NCBI GenBank assembly: GCA_017618055.1
Contig: JAFZVB010000010.1
Span: 31,631 to 95,630, forward strand
DNA length: 64,000 nt
Reading direction: 5' to 3'
DNA from: Clostridia bacterium
GTDB lineage: Bacteria > Bacillota > Clostridia > Christensenellales > CAG-917
The notes beneath the pieces were generated by a model. The model was not told the origin of the DNA. It did not search any database and was given only the letters and a program-made list of their open reading frames with translations. Below, in pieces: positions 59,976-64,000 of this stretch. The translations under genes were made by a program, and so were the position numbers. Each line of letters starts with the position of its first letter. Position 1 is the stretch's first letter.

Positions 59976-60897
59976 AATCTGTTACTAACTCATAGTTCCC
60001 AAATTTCCATACTGAATCTTGTACTTGTGTTGGACTATATTCATGATGATATAGACTCGTTATTGAAATACAATTATTCTTTACTTCAAAGTCTCCTCTT
60101 AAATAGAAATCTGGTGGGTAATCATGAGAAAATGTCATATCATAATTGCTTCTATCTTCTTTTCTTATATATTCATATGGATCATGTTCAATAAATAAAT
60201 ATATTGTCTTTTTATCCTGATGAGTATAATACACACCCTCTACAATCTCATCTCCATTTCTATATGAGAATAATGCATAATGATAATTCTTTGGCATTAC
60301 AAATGTAATGGATGTCGTGGAATCCAATATATATGTTGCAGGTGGTATTTGGTACCTATCTGCATAACAATATTCTTCTCTCTCTTTCTTTAACTGGTTA
60401 CCTTCTAGGATATATGTTCCCATTTTATATGGTTGTTCACTTATGCGATATATGTGATCATAGTTTCTTCCATCATTCATTGGAAGTTTCTTGGTCATTT
60501 TCATAATAGTGAACTGTGTAAAATCTGTTTCAAAATCATCAGCATAACAAGTGAGAACATCATCGTTATCGCCATTCTTTAAACACCATGCAAAAGTATA
60601 TGAATTTTGGGTTCCATTATTACCTTGATATACTACAGTATATTTACCAGTATACTTTTGGGTTCCGTTTTCAACATATTTAAAAGTCATAGAATTTTTG
60701 GAACCATCAAACTCAAAATAAGTACTAGTATCTGTTGAGAAATACCACTTGCCTGTTGATGATTCCAATTCTTTTTCATATTTTGTTACTTTGGTATCAT
60801 TACTGCTACTACTTCCAAATATACCACATCCTGCAAAAGCAAATGTGCTAAATAACATTATTATCAACGCAAATACCAAAACAACTATCTTTTTCAT
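59974..60897 (-). CDS. hypothetical lipoprotein
   Basis: MKKIVVLVFALIIMLFSTFAFAGC has the lipobox F-A-G-C. The mature part is Tyr-rich and has no recognisable family. Confidence 0.6.
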   Translation of the reverse strand: MKKIVVLVFALIIMLFSTFAFAGCGIFGSSSSNDTKVTKYEKELESSTGKWYFSTDTSTYFEFDGSKNSMTFKYVENGTQKYTGKYTVVYQGNNGTQNSYTFAWCLKNGDNDDVLTCYADDFETDFTQFTIMKMTKKLPMNDGRNYDHIYRISEQPYKMGTYILEGNQLKKEREEYCYADRYQIPPATYILDSTTSITFVMPKNYHYALFSYRNGDEIVEGVYYTHQDKKTIYLFIEHDPYEYIRKEDRSNYDMTFSHDYPPDFYLRGDFEVKNNCISITSLYHHEYSPTQVQDSVWKFGNYELVTD

Positions 60898-60906
60898 TAT
60901 TAACGC

Positions 60907-62649
60907 TTATTGAAGCATCTCCTTCATGAATGCAAGATACTTTTGTGCCTTTTCAAATGCTAAGTCATATGTCTTTTCACTTGCAGCTACATAAACCTTA
61001 AGTTTTGGTTCTGTGCCACTTGGACGAATACATACCCAGTCGCCACCTTCAAGTTTTAACTTGAGTGCACTTGTCTTTGGAAGATCTATATCCTTAACTA
61101 CTCCGTTAGCAAATGTTTCTTTTCCAATTACTAAGTCTGATGCAGATAATACTTTTACTCCAGCAACATCTGTATACTTTCTTTCTCTTGCCTCGATCAT
61201 AATTCTCTTCATAGTTGCCATACCGTCTATTCCACCGAATGCAACAGATGCTGTCTTTTCTACAAAGTATCCATATGTCTTGAAGAGTTTTTGGAGTTCA
61301 TCATATACGTTTGTCTTCTTGGATGCATAATAACAAGCCATTTCTGCAAACATCATTGCAGCAACAACTGCATCCTTATCTCTTGCATGCGTTCCAACGA
61401 GTGAACCATAACTTTCTTCAAATCCAAAGAGATATGTATATTCACCACTCTTTTCCCATTCTGCGATCTTTTCGCCAATGAACTTGAATCCTGTTAAAAC
61501 ATCAAAGGTTGTAGCACCATATGCATCTGCCACTTTTCTTGCCATTTCTGTTGTAACTATAGTCTTAACTACAGCCCCATTCTTTGGAAGAGTTCCTTCT
61601 TCCTTCTTTCTAAGCATGATGTAGTTTGCAAGGAGAACGCCAATTTGGTTTCCGTTTAATAATACAAACTTGCCTTCATTATCTCTTACAGCAATTCCCA
61701 TTCTGTCACAGTCTGGGTCTGTACCAATAACGATATCACTCTTAATTTCGTCTGCAAGTTTTACACCTAATGCTAAAGCATCTGGTTCTTCTGGGTTAGG
61801 AACTTTAACTGTTGAGAATTCTGTGTCTGGTTTTGCTTGTTCTTCAACAACATTAAATGGAATTCCCATTCTCTTAAGTATTGTTGTAACAGGCATATAT
61901 CCACTACCATGAATTGGTGTGTAAACAATTTTTAATGTCTTTCCAACTTCTTTAACAGCTTCTGGAGATAAAGATAATTTTTCTATTGTATCAAAGTAAT
62001 CTGAGTCTAAAGATTTTCCAATAACTGTAATGTTTTCATCTACCTTGAAGTTATCCTTTCCATTAATAATGGAAGCATCTAATTGGATATCAGATTCTGC
62101 AATACCAAAGTATGGTGTTTTAGAGATAAATTCAACAACCTTTTCTGTTGCTTCTGGAGACATTTGTGCACCATCATCTCCATATACTTTATATCCGTTA
62201 TATACCTTTGGATTGTGGGATGCTGTGATCATAATTCCAGCAATACAATTTAAGTGCATAATTGCATATGAACAAAGTGGCACTGGTCTTACATTTTCAA
62301 ATAGGAAAACTTTAATTCCGTTTGCAGATAAAACTCTTGCTGCATGACAAGCAAATTCAGAACTCATCTTACGTGTATCATAACTAATAATAACACCACG
62401 TTTTGCTGCTTCTGCACCTAAAGTATTGATGTAATCTGCCAATCCTTTTGTTGCTCTTCTAACTGTGAACTTGTTCATACGGTTTGTTCCTGGAGCAATA
62501 ACTCCTCTCATACCTGCCGTGCCAAATTCAAGGGATTTATAGAATGCATCTTCCCTTTCTGTTTCAGACATACTGTCTAACCAAGCTCTACAATCATCAT
62601 TGATTTCTTTGCTGTTACGCCATAGCGTATACATTTCTTGCCAACTCAT
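60907..62649 (-). CDS. pgm: phosphoglucomutase / phospho-sugar mutase (alpha-D-phosphohexomutase superfamily)
   Basis: GIMITASHNPKVYNGYKVY is the active-site Ser loop and GTDPDCDRMG is the metal loop. 580 aa. Confidence 0.85.
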   Translation of the reverse strand: MSWQEMYTLWRNSKEINDDCRAWLDSMSETEREDAFYKSLEFGTAGMRGVIAPGTNRMNKFTVRRATKGLADYINTLGAEAAKRGVIISYDTRKMSSEFACHAARVLSANGIKVFLFENVRPVPLCSYAIMHLNCIAGIMITASHNPKVYNGYKVYGDDGAQMSPEATEKVVEFISKTPYFGIAESDIQLDASIINGKDNFKVDENITVIGKSLDSDYFDTIEKLSLSPEAVKEVGKTLKIVYTPIHGSGYMPVTTILKRMGIPFNVVEEQAKPDTEFSTVKVPNPEEPDALALGVKLADEIKSDIVIGTDPDCDRMGIAVRDNEGKFVLLNGNQIGVLLANYIMLRKKEEGTLPKNGAVVKTIVTTEMARKVADAYGATTFDVLTGFKFIGEKIAEWEKSGEYTYLFGFEESYGSLVGTHARDKDAVVAAMMFAEMACYYASKKTNVYDELQKLFKTYGYFVEKTASVAFGGIDGMATMKRIMIEARERKYTDVAGVKVLSASDLVIGKETFANGVVKDIDLPKTSALKLKLEGGDWVCIRPSGTEPKLKVYVAASEKTYDLAFEKAQKYLAFMKEMLQ

Positions 62650-62697
62650 AATTACCTTCCTCTTTTTAATTTTATACTAAAATTATAATGTTTTATT

Positions 62698-63519
62698 TTA
62701 ATCTAGTTCAAGCCCTAATTTCTCTAGCACCTGTTCTTGAAGAATACAATTTATATCTTTTTCTTCTGGCCCATGATAATCTGAACCACCAGTTGCTATA
62801 AGTCCATATTTAGATGCAATTTCTGTAAAAATTTTAATTTCACCGAAACTATGCCCTGGATAATAACATTCTAAGCCACCTAAGCCCACGGGAACGAGTT
62901 CTTTAAGAATGTCTTCTAATTCTCCGTTCATAAACATTTTCTTAGGATGAGCCAATACAGCGACTCCACCATTGTCTACTATTGTTCTAACGGCATCCTG
63001 AGGTGTAAGCCTATTTCCTGTTACATATGCCAATCCTTCTCTGCCTAAGTATTTAACAAATGCTTCATCTACTGTAGAGACATATCCCCTTTCTATCATT
63101 AACTTTGCAATCTTAACTCTTCCAAAGTTCTTTTCTCCAAAGTCTACATCCTCTAGATCTATTCCAACTTCTTTGAGTCTCTTCTTGAGTTCTATATTTC
63201 TTTCATATCTACAATCTTTACTCTTTTGCAAAGCTTTTATAAAGGATTCGTCTTTATATCTAATACCATATCCAAGAACGTGAATTTCATGATCTGTATA
63301 TGAACTCAATTCAATTGCTGGCAGAATTCTTATGTCTTTCTTTTGTCCAGCTGCAATCATTTCATCCAATCCATCTACAGTATCATGGTCTGTTAGCGCA
63401 GCAACACTCATTCCTTTCTTATATGCACGGATAACCAATTCGGTTGGAGTTAGTACTCCGTCCGAAAAGGTTGAATGCATATGCAAGTCCACTTTAAAAA
63501 GTCTAGTCAGATTCGTCAT
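62698..63519 (-). CDS. PHP-domain metal-dependent phosphoesterase (TrpH/YciV-like)
   Basis: VDLHMHSTFSDGVLTP..ALTDHDTVDG..VLAHP..GGSDYHG. Confidence 0.8.
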   Translation of the reverse strand: MTNLTRLFKVDLHMHSTFSDGVLTPTELVIRAYKKGMSVAALTDHDTVDGLDEMIAAGQKKDIRILPAIELSSYTDHEIHVLGYGIRYKDESFIKALQKSKDCRYERNIELKKRLKEVGIDLEDVDFGEKNFGRVKIAKLMIERGYVSTVDEAFVKYLGREGLAYVTGNRLTPQDAVRTIVDNGGVAVLAHPKKMFMNGELEDILKELVPVGLGGLECYYPGHSFGEIKIFTEIASKYGLIATGGSDYHGPEEKDINCILQEQVLEKLGLELD

Positions 63520-64000
63520 TTATTAACCCCAATTGAGGTACATCGATGTCTCCGATCTCTACATACTCTTTTCCAGTCCCGTCTGTGATTTGTACCTTGC
63601 TTAATGTTTTTTGTATCTTTTCATTCTTCTTTCTAGCATCTTCTAGAGAGTTTTGAAGTGTATTAATATTCTTACCCATCTTGTCTAGGTATAGTGCGAA
63701 GTTAGCAAAGTCTTTTTGGAATTTAATCATAATATCTGCAATTTCTTTACTTCTCTTCTCAATTGCAATTGAACTAAATCCAATCTTTACCATATTAAGC
63801 ATAGAAGCCAATGTGGAAGGTCCAGCAACATTAATACGATAGTAACTTTGTAATTCTTCCATAAGACCAGTTTGTTGTACAACTTCAGCATATAATCCTT
63901 CAATTGGCAAATACATAATTGCATAATCTGTTGTCTTTGGAGGGTTTATATATTTCTCCGAAATAGACTTTGCCTCTGTTCTAACGTTTGATACTAGTGC
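63503..64000 (-). CDS. rmuC: DNA recombination protein RmuC, C-terminal part (5' end outside the window)
   Basis: The frame is open to the window edge. ..SEKYINPPKTTDYAIMYLPIEGLYAEVV..INVAGPSTLASMLN.. matches the RmuC conserved core. Confidence 0.75.
   Translation of the reverse strand, partial: ALVSNVRTEAKSISEKYINPPKTTDYAIMYLPIEGLYAEVVQQTGLMEELQSYYRINVAGPSTLASMLNMVKIGFSSIAIEKRSKEIADIMIKFQKDFANFALYLDKMGKNINTLQNSLEDARKKNEKIQKTLSKVQITDGTGKEYVEIGDIDVPQLGLINDESD

Noticed and set aside
1-64000. A search for mobile elements, CRISPR arrays, rRNA, prophage or integrase genes, or an abrupt compositional island around the giant gene.
   Set aside because: I found none. There are no transposase or integrase-like ORFs, no direct-repeat/spacer arrays and no flanking inverted repeats. 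By eye the giant gene has the same AT-rich composition and signals as its neighbours, so nothing supports recent horizontal acquisition.

Overview
This is an AT-rich chromosomal segment (about one-third G+C by eye) that looks like Bacillota, i.e. low-GC Gram-positive or Mollicutes-related. It has GGAGG-type Shine-Dalgarno sites, TTGACA/TATAAT promoters and hairpin plus T-tract terminators. TAA, TAG and TGA are all used as stops. Almost half the window (2641-33954, minus strand) is one uninterrupted gene for a protein of about 10,437 aa. That protein has an N-terminal lipoprotein signal peptide (lipobox L-F-A-C). About 14 highly diverged copies of a module I cannot assign to any family follow, interrupted by Tyr-rich hairpin-like repeat arrays. 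Then come a unique junction region with a hydrophobic stretch and a C-terminal array of roughly two dozen Ig-like units. It has no LPXTG motif, no C-terminal TM segment and no catalytic motif I can recognise. This gene is the main candidate for something undescribed. Upstream on the same strand are glycan-processing genes: GH127/DUF1680-like, GH20 hexosaminidase and PIG-L deacetylase. Downstream are an AEC transporter and an SPFH/zinc-ribbon pair. The right half is mostly housekeeping. It holds apgM, a PadR operon with two paralogous membrane proteins and an HxxxD acyltransferase, and a 4-tRNA cluster. It also holds an HD (p)ppGpp-hydrolase / STAS-kinase / PP2C-RsbW partner-switch operon and a MATE pump. 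A class III RNR locus follows, in which NrdD carries a C-terminal glutaredoxin-like domain, the TrxB homologue has lost its NADPH motifs, and NrdG completes the set. The remainder is a WYL regulator, tRNA-Pro and tRNA-Gln, an M29 aminopeptidase, DegV, a lipoprotein, phosphoglucomutase, a PHP phosphoesterase and a partial RmuC. I saw no transposase, integrase, CRISPR array or rRNA. All family assignments come from motifs read by eye. No database search was possible.
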